Notes under the pieces: generated by a model
What the model was told of the DNA's origin: nothing
What the model saw: only the letters and a program-made list of their open reading frames with translations
The model's database searches: none
Made by a program: the position numbers and the translations under genes
Shown here: positions 7,344-16,939 of the stretch, one piece after another
Layout: the number at the start of each line of letters is the position of its first letter
How positions within the stretch are numbered: position 1 is the stretch's first letter
IMG/VR virus record: IMGVR_UViG_3300019874_000015
Coordinates: 1 to 38,364 of that record
Strand: one strand, 5' to 3'
DNA from: a virus
Lineage: Duplodnaviria > Caudoviricetes
DNA: 38,364 nucleotides

Positions 7344-8078
7344 TTAACCGCCCAAGATTTTCCCAAGTCGATCAATAGATTGGATAAGATTTGAGGTTAA
7401 ATCTCCCGCAGAACCTTGGCTTTCGCCTTCAGATCCACCAAATAACTGACCTACAAGATCTTCAAATGGCTGACCCATGTCACTTTCTATTTTCTTTGTA
7501 ATGGGGCTATACATCTTGTTTTTTTTGACTTGAATAGCTGCATCTTTCATTCCCATACCAGCCTGCACATGCTTGTTGAGAGCCTTCCCAAGTTGAGGAT
7601 ACTGGGAGACAAAAGATTGAAGAGCGTTTGCTGCTTGAGGTGCTTGTGTTGCAGTTGCAACCTCTGCAACCGGAGCTGCAGAGGAACTGGCAGCTTTTGC
7701 TGCATTTTTAACACCTTTCACAGTTTTCTTTGCCACTTCTTCTTTTCCAAAGAACTTTCCAATAGCCCCTGATGCCTTTTTCAATATTGCTGGACCTTTG
7801 GTAACGGCCAACCCAGCTCCTCCTAAACTAAACGCAAGATTTCCAGCACCTTTTGCTATCTCTGCTGGTGTTTGAGATCTTTCTATTTCTTGAAGAGATT
7901 CCTGTTCATCTGGTCTCAAAGTGCCTTTTGACATTCCGGCATTCAGTCGTTCTTTTTCACCCTCAGCTACAGGGTTACTATATAGTCCCTGAAGGAATTG
8001 AATGACCTGATTACTGCCATAACCTGCAGCAGCAGCCTTGGAGAAGAAGTTGGAGAAGTTCTTGTTTACTTTTGCCAT
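7344..8078 (-). CDS. putative internal virion/ejection protein
   Basis: Ala/Lys/Gly-rich helical protein located after the other ejection-like genes. Confidence 0.6.
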   Translation of the reverse strand: MAKVNKNFSNFFSKAAAAGYGSNQVIQFLQGLYSNPVAEGEKERLNAGMSKGTLRPDEQESLQEIERSQTPAEIAKGAGNLAFSLGGAGLAVTKGPAILKKASGAIGKFFGKEEVAKKTVKGVKNAAKAASSSAAPVAEVATATQAPQAANALQSFVSQYPQLGKALNKHVQAGMGMKDAAIQVKKNKMYSPITKKIESDMGQPFEDLVGQLFGGSEGESQGSAGDLTSNLIQSIDRLGKILGG

Positions 8079-9334
8079 TAGATACCTGCCCTATGTCCGC
8101 TGAAGAGAGAAGTATACCAAACATCTGTTAGTGATGGATTTGGTCTGAAAGTATCAAGAAGTTCTGACCCCTGTCTTTCAGTCAACTGAACTCTACCAGC
8201 AGCCTTATCAGCAGCTATCTTCTGAAGAAACGCCTGACCATTTCCACCATTTTCATTGATTGCTAACGCAATCGCTAAAAGGGAATCGTTCTTGTTTAAG
8301 TTTTGTCCAATCTTTTCATAAGATTCCAAAGGCTTCTTCCTTGACGCCTTAACATCTGTCACCATCTCTTTATGATCTGCTGGTGGATAAGCCAACGAGG
8401 CTGCAAATGCAGGCGTCATCCCTACTTTTGTACGAAGATCTTTCTCATAGAGATCAAGACGCCCCATATCTTTATATTGCTGTCTGGCATTTCTGAGCAT
8501 ATCTCTGCCTTTCTCAGGAGACGAACCAAATGCGCTCTTTGCGCCTTCAGTGCTTACTTGCTGTCGTGTTTTGGCGAGTTTTAAAACCTCATCCCCTCTT
8601 TTGACTGCTGCCTGTCTTGGTGACATGCCATTAGCTATATCGTTATCGACTAAAGTTTGATATTCACCTAACATCTCACCTGTCAAATCACGAAAAACCT
8701 GATCACCTGATTTCTGAAGTACTTGTTCAACATGACTTCCTAATTCCTTACGTCCAAGTTCAGCACGACTCTCATAGGCTGTTTCAGCTTGTAATCTCTT
8801 CTCGTCTTGTCTTTGGACGATTTGCTGGGCTTGTGGAAACAATATTCCAGTTTGATCTGATAAATCTGCAGCTTGTCGATCAATATCTTGAGCTGTTGTT
8901 GGCACAAGATAATTAGATGCTGATCGATCAAATTTAGGGGGCTGCACAACATCTTCTGTTCTTTGAACAGGAGGTTGCATAGCCTGATTAGGTTGCCCAG
9001 ATGGTTGAGAAATCGTTTGAGACTGCCCTTGTGGTTGATTGGATGATTGTCCTCCTGGTGGCTGACCTGAACGAGATGCATCCTTCAATTGCTGGCTTTG
9101 CATATATTGCATTGCCTGGTCGGCTATTTGTGGATTCTCAGATACTCCAGGTACACCCATAAGATTAGCATATCTCTTGAGAGGATTTGTCTCTTTTGAT
9201 TCTGCTTGTTCTCTAAGTCCAGAAGATAAACGACCCCGTTCAATTTCTTTGGGTAGCGTCTGGCTTAACCCTTCACCCAACGCCTTTCCAAGGCGACCGA
9301 ATACTGTCCCTCCTTCAGGCAAGATCTGGACCAT
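8078..9334 (-). CDS. putative DNA-ejection (internal virion) protein
   Basis: Gln-rich and helical, N-terminal FGRLGKALGEGLSQ; position matches podovirus ejection genes. Confidence 0.6.
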   Translation of the reverse strand: MVQILPEGGTVFGRLGKALGEGLSQTLPKEIERGRLSSGLREQAESKETNPLKRYANLMGVPGVSENPQIADQAMQYMQSQQLKDASRSGQPPGGQSSNQPQGQSQTISQPSGQPNQAMQPPVQRTEDVVQPPKFDRSASNYLVPTTAQDIDRQAADLSDQTGILFPQAQQIVQRQDEKRLQAETAYESRAELGRKELGSHVEQVLQKSGDQVFRDLTGEMLGEYQTLVDNDIANGMSPRQAAVKRGDEVLKLAKTRQQVSTEGAKSAFGSSPEKGRDMLRNARQQYKDMGRLDLYEKDLRTKVGMTPAFAASLAYPPADHKEMVTDVKASRKKPLESYEKIGQNLNKNDSLLAIALAINENGGNGQAFLQKIAADKAAGRVQLTERQGSELLDTFRPNPSLTDVWYTSLFSGHRAGI

Positions 9335-9343
9335 TTTAACCTC

Positions 9344-9913
9344 TTAACTAGTAGATATTTGTGAATTTGATGGATTCAGCCAGTTCGATAATCCTTTCAC
9401 CCCAGCATTAACACCACCACCAGCATATGCCCCTGCAACCTGACCAGCAGCATTTGCAGCCGTTTCTAGGAAGCCTGGCGATCTAGGGGTATATACGTTC
9501 TCTGAGTATTGATTAAGCGCTGCTTGACCCATAGATGACAGTCTATCAGCAGCTGATGACCTTAGCCCTGATCTAATAGAGGCGAGACGTTCACTTAGGT
9601 CTGTTCCTGCCGATACGGCAGCATTTCTGAACCCACTAGAAGACATCCCGCCAGATCCCATACCAGCAAATTGCTCTCCCAAGTCTGGGATGATCTGCTC
9701 GTTAAATCTTCGCATCTCAGGTGCAGCAAAGTTCTGGAAGTCTTGCGAATTATTGCTTAGGAGGTCGCGATAATAATCTGCACTGTCTCCGAAAGCCCCA
9801 CCAGCTCCCCTTCCTTGTGCAGCATTTGCCTGCTGTTGCTGTATCCGTTGCTGATTAGGTTGCAGCAATGATTTCTGATCGTATTTTGCGTCTGAACCTG
9901 TCCAAAAACTCAT
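9344..9913 (-). CDS. putative DNA transfer/pilot protein (P22 gp7-like position and composition)
   Basis: Gly/Ala/Gln/Ser-rich with FAGMGSGGMSSSG and a C-terminal Gly/Ala segment; ATG at 9913 (MSFWTG) follows SD GAGG. Confidence 0.6.
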   Translation of the reverse strand: MSFWTGSDAKYDQKSLLQPNQQRIQQQQANAAQGRGAGGAFGDSADYYRDLLSNNSQDFQNFAAPEMRRFNEQIIPDLGEQFAGMGSGGMSSSGFRNAAVSAGTDLSERLASIRSGLRSSAADRLSSMGQAALNQYSENVYTPRSPGFLETAANAAGQVAGAYAGGGVNAGVKGLSNWLNPSNSQISTS

Positions 9914-9914
9914 A

Positions 9915-10400
9915 TCAAACCTCAAGTATGTATTCTATAAATGCGAACGCACGATCAAATATCTGAGGGGATGTTACCACTATCTGTGTTTGAGTCATCA
10001 GCACATCATTCCCTGATATATCCCTTGCTGTAAAGGTTGTGGAGTTGGTTCCAGCAACCCATAAATCGATAAGGGTAAAGTTAACATCAAAGGTAATTCC
10101 ATGGTTAACACCCGGGTTGACACCAGCAATCAATGCACCAAGATCTACAACTTTCCTCAATACTGATCTAAACTGCTGGCTGGGATCTTCACCAGTTGTA
10201 TTGACTGCTGAAGGTATAAATTGCTTGCCAGCCAGCAACTCCTCATCAAGGAGCCAACCTATTGCACGTATATTAACAGCATTAGATATCTTCTTGAGAT
10301 GTTCAATGAGAAACTCTCTACCTTCTTCCCATTTCTCTGGGACGGTATCGTATACAGGGACATATGCTTCAAGTTGCTGGGAGACTGGTGGCGTTGTCAT
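9915..10400 (-). CDS. virion structural protein, function unknown
   Basis: ATGA-coupled to the upstream gene in the tail module. Confidence 0.75.
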   Translation of the reverse strand: MTTPPVSQQLEAYVPVYDTVPEKWEEGREFLIEHLKKISNAVNIRAIGWLLDEELLAGKQFIPSAVNTTGEDPSQQFRSVLRKVVDLGALIAGVNPGVNHGITFDVNFTLIDLWVAGTNSTTFTARDISGNDVLMTQTQIVVTSPQIFDRAFAFIEYILEV

Positions 10401-11044
10401 TCAACTCTCAGTAATTGGAATGTCCATCTTATTTGATCCATATTCGCATTTGCTGTTGAGTTTGATATTGTTAATGTATTAAAAACAAATGAAGCTGTAA
10501 ATTGTCCAGTTCCTGGATTTACAATATTTTTGAAACCAAAAGCAGCATTCCAAAAAACCAAAGTATCTACCAAAAAAGGCGGCGTCCTATAATTAGCGGC
10601 CACCAAACGACCCAAAGCAACACTTATTCCAGTAAAATCCAATATGTTTGCAGACGCACCTGCCAATTTAAAATCTAATGGAGCCAATGTCGAACTTAGG
10701 AATGTCACCGGAGTTGGGACAGCATTATTTGGTCCTCTTGAATATTGAAGCAATCCAAGATTGGTGATCGGAAGCCCACCAGCATCTAATGGCTGATACC
10801 CATAGAACACAGGATTAGTGACTGTTACTGGAAGTACTGAAGGAAGTACAGGAGCAATCTCTGGATTGGCATAGAATTCAGGAGTCGTAACGATATTATG
10901 AAATCCATTGTTTGCCGTCAGATTGGAGAACTTGTAATGATTTATGCCAAAGGTGGTGTCTAAGTCTTGATTGTTCGATAACAAATCCCCCTGGCTATCC
11001 TCAAGGAGATCAGTTGGTTGCGGCTTGTTGGGGTTGAATACCAT
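10397..11044 (-). CDS. tail-associated structural protein
   Basis: N-terminal FNPNKPQPTDLLEDSQGDLLSNNQ.LD..FG.NH resembles fibre attachment segments. Confidence 0.65.
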   Translation of the reverse strand: MVFNPNKPQPTDLLEDSQGDLLSNNQDLDTTFGINHYKFSNLTANNGFHNIVTTPEFYANPEIAPVLPSVLPVTVTNPVFYGYQPLDAGGLPITNLGLLQYSRGPNNAVPTPVTFLSSTLAPLDFKLAGASANILDFTGISVALGRLVAANYRTPPFLVDTLVFWNAAFGFKNIVNPGTGQFTASFVFNTLTISNSTANANMDQIRWTFQLLRVE

Positions 11045-11045
11045 T

Positions 11046-13400
11046 TCATATTCCTTGGTTTAACTGTGTGCCAGCTTTTCTCATCCATACCACTTCTGCA
11101 TCAATCTGCACATCTGATTCCTGCTCCACACCATTCATTTGCAATGGGGAGAAGTTCCATTCAATAGTAAGAAATGTTCCCCTAGATGGGCAAAACACTC
11201 TCTGCATGTTCTTTGAGCTTACCAACCCTGCTGGTTGTGTTGTGGGTACAGAGATATTGAAGAAGTTGTCTACGTTTTGAGGTTCGGTATTGATAGGATT
11301 GTCATCACTGTAATTGACGTAAATATTGAGTGATATCGCACCCTGCTCTGTTGTGTTTGTCAGAACGTCGATGTATCCAATCTGTATGTTCTGCCCCTCC
11401 TCAAGGAAGTTAAATTTCTTACTCACGATACTGAAGTTGTCTCGGATGGTGATCTTTCCACCACCTATATAAGTTGCAGATGCAGTCAGTACAGGGTCAG
11501 AGAATTTTTGTGTATTTATATTGTACTTCCAAAGGACAAACTTATTGGGTTGGTCAGGAGTTGCAATCCCATCAAATCCGACACGATACACCCCAGCATG
11601 CGTTACTGGATTGAAATTTAGTGATGAGTATGAACCAATTATCCCAGTTAAGATGATGATCATATTCTCTTCGAGATTATGTTCTGGACTCTCAATAACC
11701 GTTGGCGTGGAACTTGGAGTTGTACCATTGGAGGTAATGTTTTTGATTGAGAGGGTTGGATCGTTTGTCACCTTTGAATCTATATAGACGACATATCCTT
11801 GCTGATTCCCAGCTACAATATCAGGAATGAGAGAAGGACGATTACCCCAAGCAAAGTTAGCTGAGTTCCAAGGAAATTTAGATCCTAGCCATGTTCTAGC
11901 ACTTGATGGTTGGAAAGTGCCAAAACATGTGAAAGAGTCTGTAAATATTGCCCATGATCCATTCTCGTAGTTATAGAGAAGGCGACGATTAGGATAAGTG
12001 ATGGGATAAGTGTTTTCTGGTTGATATGGGTATGTCCAGAATGCTAGGCGATTGATGAAATCTCTTACACCATACACACGTGCTGGTCCTTCATTTTGAT
12101 TATTGAAGGAGAAGACAAGGTCCGGGATTTTTACGTCTATCCTACGAGATTTAAAAGAGTCACATTCCACTATCCCCTTATCACCTATACCAACAAGGGA
12201 GGTGTCAAACTGAACAGCACTGAAAGGACTTTCAGCCCCTAACTCACTGTTCACCTTCTCTATCTGGAAGGGGGCTATTGATCTCCCCGTATATCGTAGT
12301 TGCCAGGTACTGCGCTCACAGTATATGACAAGATTGTCTCGGACAAATCCTACAGATGTGATGTTCTCTGATGTGGGTATATCTAAGAATCCACCCTTTC
12401 CTCGAATGTTATCGTTCCATGCATTTGCACTTACAGTTCCTAAAGGAAAAAGCACGCTTACATCTGATATTGGATTTCCTATTGCTGCCCATCTGATTCT
12501 TTGAGGATAGTTGATTGATGCTGCAAGGTTTGCTCCTTCATATGTGTTAAAAACCATCATCCTTGATCGAAATGGGAGCATGGCTAAACATTGAGTAAGC
12601 CTGTCTCCTGATACACTATTAATGATGGGAGCAAAATCTATCCATGATCCAGCAGGACCATTTGTATATCGAATTGGATCACCAGCAGGACCAGAGAAAT
12701 TTGTTGCCCAAAAAACTTTCTCGTTATTCCCGTTAGGTGGTGGGGGTGTAACCCAATAATTAGTCGTCCAAAAGAAATTGGAATTCGACCCTTTCCATAT
12801 GGTCCCGGGGATAAATTCCTGCCATCCAGTTCCAACGAAACGATAGGCATATACCGTGTCCCATGCGACAGTCATTTCATTGTTCAGGGTATCTATCTCT
12901 CTTATTCTAAGGCCCATCATTGGAAGACGTGGGAAGTAGTTGAAAGAAATGATTGTGGGTGTCCCAGCTGGCGCAGATGTCGTTAGAGTTACCACAGCTG
13001 TGATGTAATTTATTGTCCCGACATTGGCACTAACTGGACTTGTTGCTAGCGTACCATCCCCTTGATCAATCATTACGATATCTGGGCCAGCTTGCAGGGT
13101 TATGATCACACTTCCCGGCTCAATCTCTGCATTGACTTGAGGGACGATTGGAGGAACTAAAGTTGTCCATATGGTATTGATTGTCCATGTGGAAGCACTT
13201 GAATTACCTAAAGAAAGGTTTGCAAATTTTCTCCGCAATCTGCCAAGCGTCTCACATCCTTGCTTTCTTTTTATCCTCTCCCTCCATACATGGGCATTCT
13301 CAAGAGTAGGAAAAGCATCTGCAGGGAGAATGAAGTTTTCCCTGTTCTGGATTAACCCTTGCTCAAATCCTTGGATATATAGAGGAGAGTATCCACCCAT
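11046..13400 (-). CDS. tail hub/nozzle protein (P22 gp10 or T7 gp12-like beta-propeller)
   Basis: 784 aa, beta-rich, RIRWAAIGNP, LVIYCERSTWQL, GAESPFS; follows the adaptor gene. Confidence 0.7.
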   Translation of the reverse strand: MGGYSPLYIQGFEQGLIQNRENFILPADAFPTLENAHVWRERIKRKQGCETLGRLRRKFANLSLGNSSASTWTINTIWTTLVPPIVPQVNAEIEPGSVIITLQAGPDIVMIDQGDGTLATSPVSANVGTINYITAVVTLTTSAPAGTPTIISFNYFPRLPMMGLRIREIDTLNNEMTVAWDTVYAYRFVGTGWQEFIPGTIWKGSNSNFFWTTNYWVTPPPPNGNNEKVFWATNFSGPAGDPIRYTNGPAGSWIDFAPIINSVSGDRLTQCLAMLPFRSRMMVFNTYEGANLAASINYPQRIRWAAIGNPISDVSVLFPLGTVSANAWNDNIRGKGGFLDIPTSENITSVGFVRDNLVIYCERSTWQLRYTGRSIAPFQIEKVNSELGAESPFSAVQFDTSLVGIGDKGIVECDSFKSRRIDVKIPDLVFSFNNQNEGPARVYGVRDFINRLAFWTYPYQPENTYPITYPNRRLLYNYENGSWAIFTDSFTCFGTFQPSSARTWLGSKFPWNSANFAWGNRPSLIPDIVAGNQQGYVVYIDSKVTNDPTLSIKNITSNGTTPSSTPTVIESPEHNLEENMIIILTGIIGSYSSLNFNPVTHAGVYRVGFDGIATPDQPNKFVLWKYNINTQKFSDPVLTASATYIGGGKITIRDNFSIVSKKFNFLEEGQNIQIGYIDVLTNTTEQGAISLNIYVNYSDDNPINTEPQNVDNFFNISVPTTQPAGLVSSKNMQRVFCPSRGTFLTIEWNFSPLQMNGVEQESDVQIDAEVVWMRKAGTQLNQGI

Positions 13401-14471
13401 TTAACACCAACCTGATCCCCAATATCCTTGTCCACCACCTTGATTAGAAGGGGTAGAACCAGAGAATACTGTGCTATTTCTTTGCCCTATCTCCTCTACT
13501 CCCTGTCTTTCCAAGACAAGTGCCTCTTGTTCTTTGAAAAATGGCATCAAGTTCTGTACACCTTCCATATCCTGACGGTCACGTAATATTCGGAGAGAAG
13601 CACCCAGGGCAATATATTCGCTCCATTGATTGAGGATAGGGTTATCTGTCGTTAACATGAACTGAACGGGAGAGAGATAGGTTTCTATTTGAATTTGGTG
13701 TATCTGCTTAGGTACTGGACGAATTGTAAATTCGTTATTCCAAAAAAGGACGGAATATGGCCTACCTGTTGTATATTGAGATACCCGAACACGCAAAGTT
13801 GTTCCTGCCGCTGGGGTAAGGCTGACAGGAACAAAATTGATGGAAAAAGCTCCTGTCACGTAGTTCACTGTTCCTATATTGGTGACAGTGTATAGGCCAG
13901 GATTTCCAGTATTCCTATTGTACATGCCGGGGACAGGTGGTGTGGTCGTTTGAGGAGGGACAGAAACCACTGCATTAGGCACTTGCAGCTGGAGATTTCC
14001 AAGCCCATCATCCGCAATGGATATTGCTGTTCCTGATATGTCAGTTCCACCAATAATTACTGTATTCCTTAAGAAAGGAGTTGGACCAATGTTGAATGCA
14101 AATACTTGCGTTACCCCATCTCCTGATGCTGGCTGAAAAGATGTAGGAAATTTAGGCCACACAGCAAAGAATTGCATCCTGTCTTTAAAAAACGATCCCT
14201 GTATCCCATCGACATAGAGGGGAGATCTCACCCCTTGATTGTAGTTCACATCTAGGGGGTAGGTGTCAATGTAGGGTTCAGTGTAGAAGGTATAGACATC
14301 CCTCATCTGATCAACTTTTATGTTCTGGGGAAAATCAGAATTATAAAATTTATTGACGTATTGCTGGATTGATGCGGAAGTAAGTGATGATTGAGATGGC
14401 GATGCCGTAAGCCTTCTGACTGTTTTCTCTATCTGGGCATATGTGGAGTCGGCTGGGATTACGGCACTCAT
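13401..14471 (-). CDS. head-tail adaptor-like protein with inserted beta domain
   Basis: Helical N-terminus (TYAQIEKTVRRLT), IRPVPKQ.H.I.I..Y and EYIALGASLRIL motifs typical of podovirus adaptors. Confidence 0.65.
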   Translation of the reverse strand: MSAVIPADSTYAQIEKTVRRLTASPSQSSLTSASIQQYVNKFYNSDFPQNIKVDQMRDVYTFYTEPYIDTYPLDVNYNQGVRSPLYVDGIQGSFFKDRMQFFAVWPKFPTSFQPASGDGVTQVFAFNIGPTPFLRNTVIIGGTDISGTAISIADDGLGNLQLQVPNAVVSVPPQTTTPPVPGMYNRNTGNPGLYTVTNIGTVNYVTGAFSINFVPVSLTPAAGTTLRVRVSQYTTGRPYSVLFWNNEFTIRPVPKQIHQIQIETYLSPVQFMLTTDNPILNQWSEYIALGASLRILRDRQDMEGVQNLMPFFKEQEALVLERQGVEEIGQRNSTVFSGSTPSNQGGGQGYWGSGWC

Positions 14472-14478
14472 TGATTAC

Positions 14479-15033
14479 CTACTTGTATTTCCTATGGATT
14501 TTTCCATGACATGGTTTACACACCCATTTTACTTGTAGAGGATAAGCATAATCTTCATGGTGAGCTTCTGTCCTGCATTCCATCATACACATCTCACATT
14601 TAGGATTCCTAACCAGGGTTTCATTTTTCAAATAATAGTGAAAAAGCTTCCTTGAAAGTGTTTTCTCTGGATTTCTTTTGATGCTATTCTTGACGCTTTC
14701 ATGAATTTTATCTTTATTTTTTTCTCTCCACCTTTTTACGGTAGCTTTATAACTTTCAACTCTTTCTTTTGCCCTTTCTCTTGCCTGAACGGTTACTCTA
14801 GCTCTATTTTCTCTGTTCCATCTGTCTCTATATTCTCTATATTTTTCAGGATTTGTTTCTCTTGCTTTTTTTGCTGATTGTCGTGCCAATTCTTTGTATT
14901 TCTCTGGATTTTTAATCCAAAGTTTCTTTCTTTTCGAAGATTTACATTCTTTGCAAAAACCCTCAAACCCATTTCTCTTCCTGAAAAACTCAGTTTCGTT
15001 TTTCTCTACCTTACAAGAAGTGCATGTTTTCAT
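14479..15033 (-). CDS. HNH-type homing endonuclease-like protein with Zn fingers
   Basis: MKTCTSCK..EFF...CKEC, basic helical linker, CEMC...EAHHEDY..PL.V.WVCKPCH...H. Confidence 0.8.
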   Translation of the reverse strand: MKTCTSCKVEKNETEFFRKRNGFEGFCKECKSSKRKKLWIKNPEKYKELARQSAKKARETNPEKYREYRDRWNRENRARVTVQARERAKERVESYKATVKRWREKNKDKIHESVKNSIKRNPEKTLSRKLFHYYLKNETLVRNPKCEMCMMECRTEAHHEDYAYPLQVKWVCKPCHGKIHRKYK

Positions 15034-15036
15034 TTT

Positions 15037-15059
15037 TTCTCCATCTTACACATGGAGAA
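15037..15059 (-). promoter_or_regulatory. SD-sequestering hairpin in front of the HNH gene
   Basis: TTCTCCAT-GTGTAAG-ATGGAGAA, a perfect 8-bp stem containing GGAG, 3 nt before ATG. Confidence 0.65.
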
Positions 15060-15071
15060 CATATACCATAG

Positions 15072-15494
15072 TTACTTCTTTTTGTATATCGGCAAAAATC
15101 GGTGGATTTGCTCTCCTGGTCCATCTTTAAGAGTTGGACGACCATTAGCATCAAGTACTTCGCTTCGTTGGGGGAGTTTCTTTCTTGGGTCATTTACTTC
15201 TTCCATCATCCCAACTGGAATTGAATATGTTTCGCCTGGAATACAATGCCAAGTATCGATCGGATCACCGTCCCAATGGCAATAGGGCTTTGTGAGCCTC
15301 TCATTAGGCCCACGGGAATTGAAATACTCTGCTTCTACGATCTCTGATTCATGGGCGCGCATCTTCTTCATCGCTTCGCGATCTTTCTCTGCGAATCTCT
15401 TGAATCCATTATCAGGTACAGAATTGGCAACACGATTGATTATCCCATGTTTCTCGCCCTTCTTATTCACCAGATCCATCATATTCTCTAGCAT
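15072..15494 (-). CDS. hypothetical protein (head module)
   Basis: ATG at 15494 with SD AAAGGG avoids the long overlap implied by the 15632 start. Confidence 0.75.
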   Translation of the reverse strand: MLENMMDLVNKKGEKHGIINRVANSVPDNGFKRFAEKDREAMKKMRAHESEIVEAEYFNSRGPNERLTKPYCHWDGDPIDTWHCIPGETYSIPVGMMEEVNDPRKKLPQRSEVLDANGRPTLKDGPGEQIHRFLPIYKKK

Positions 15495-15504
15495 GTTTTT
15501 CCCT

Positions 15505-15873
15505 TTAGTTTCCAACGCTACCATCCACTGAATGAAATGGGACATTGGTAAAGTTATAGATGTTGCGAGACCCTGCAGAACAAAGACTTGCAGGTTTCTC
15601 TTTTCCTGCTGATGGTAATACAAAAGCGTCAAATTGGGAAGAATCTATGTTCGTGTAAAAATTTAATCCTACGATATCAAGTATTTTACCTGTAAGACCA
15701 TCCATCTGAAACATCCCATAAGTGAAAGGGACACTGAAATAACAAAGCTGTCCAATTACATATGTATTGGCGATGGAAACTGTCACGACTGCCTTTGGGG
15801 ATTGTGTGATATTGGTTATCAGGAGAAAGGGAGGAGTGACAGGGGAAGGAGGGAGGTAAACATTGTTTGCCAT
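15505..15873 (-). CDS. small beta-barrel virion protein (ITNITQ..A.VT repeat unit)
   Basis: Shares FSVP..GM..M.GLTGKI....T..IDSS.F..F..P with the C-terminal unit of 15910..16929. Confidence 0.7.
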   Translation of the reverse strand: MANNVYLPPSPVTPPFLLITNITQSPKAVVTVSIANTYVIGQLCYFSVPFTYGMFQMDGLTGKILDIVGLNFYTNIDSSQFDAFVLPSAGKEKPASLCSAGSRNIYNFTNVPFHSVDGSVGN

Positions 15874-15909
15874 TGATCTCCTTCCCTTGTGGTTATTTAC
15901 TCTTAATGT

Positions 15910-16929
15910 TTAAGAATAAAACGTTGCTTCCATTTTATATGCTTGGTAAAGAATAACATCCGAAGCTGCACCTGCTGGAGACTGTGCGCCACCAGACAAG
16001 TACATATAGGGAGTAAATTGACCGGTATGGAAAGGTTGCTTTTGGAAGTCATAACCAGTGTAAACCCCGGTTATGATGTTCTGTTGCGTACTAGCACCAG
16101 CAGGAGCAGCTGTTGCAAACAGTGCAGCAGTAGGTGATAGAGTCGTCAACGGAAACGCAAAAGTGGTGAATGCTGATGAATCGATGTCAAAGGTCATCGT
16201 ATAGTTTGCAGCTGATACAGCTACAATTTTACCAGTGAGACCGTTCATTTCAATCATCCCAAATGATGAAGGAACGCTAAATCGCATCTTCATTCCGAGG
16301 GCATAAAAAGGAGTTGGGTCTTGAGAAAACCTTACAACGGCTTGAGTTGCTTTGGTTATCTCAGTGACATAAAGGAATTCAGGATCAACTGCTTCTTGGG
16401 GAGAGAGTCTGCGAGTAAAACCTGCAGTTCCTGCAGTCAAACCAGCCGCCCTTATACCAATGAGAGTATAGCCCGATCCTGATACCGTTGATATCTGAAC
16501 TGCCATACCACCATACTGAAGCATACCTGTCGTATTATAAATACGAACAATATCCCCTTCTGAGTATGTGTTGGTTTGAGACACAACAGCAGGAGATGCA
16601 GCAGTAATTGCAGTGATAGCGTTAGGCGCTTGAGCTTCAACTACCGGCGAAACCTTAACATATGTAAATCCATTGGATGCTGTGGAGGTTCCAAAAGTAT
16701 CCAAATTCAATGCATTTGTGCTGTTCGTTTTCTTCCAACGAAGCCCATCATTTGCTGCTGTCAACCCATTACCAAACCACTCACCCATAACAACAACAGC
16801 TGTAGCTGGAGCCAATGGCATTTGAGTCAGGTTGTAAGTCTTGAAATAATCAGCAGAAGAAGGGAGAGGAATCTTTACCCCTACGCCAGCCGATGTGAAA
16901 GACCCTTGAGTTATTAATGTGAAAGCCAT
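15910..16929 (-). CDS. capsid decoration/stabilising-like protein with two repeated beta domains
   Basis: Directly downstream of the capsid gene; ITAITAASPAVV and VTEITKATQAVV repeats; SD AGGAG. Confidence 0.7.
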   Translation of the reverse strand: MAFTLITQGSFTSAGVGVKIPLPSSADYFKTYNLTQMPLAPATAVVVMGEWFGNGLTAANDGLRWKKTNSTNALNLDTFGTSTASNGFTYVKVSPVVEAQAPNAITAITAASPAVVSQTNTYSEGDIVRIYNTTGMLQYGGMAVQISTVSGSGYTLIGIRAAGLTAGTAGFTRRLSPQEAVDPEFLYVTEITKATQAVVRFSQDPTPFYALGMKMRFSVPSSFGMIEMNGLTGKIVAVSAANYTMTFDIDSSAFTTFAFPLTTLSPTAALFATAAPAGASTQQNIITGVYTGYDFQKQPFHTGQFTPYMYLSGGAQSPAGAASDVILYQAYKMEATFYS

Positions 16930-16939
16930 AAATCACTCC

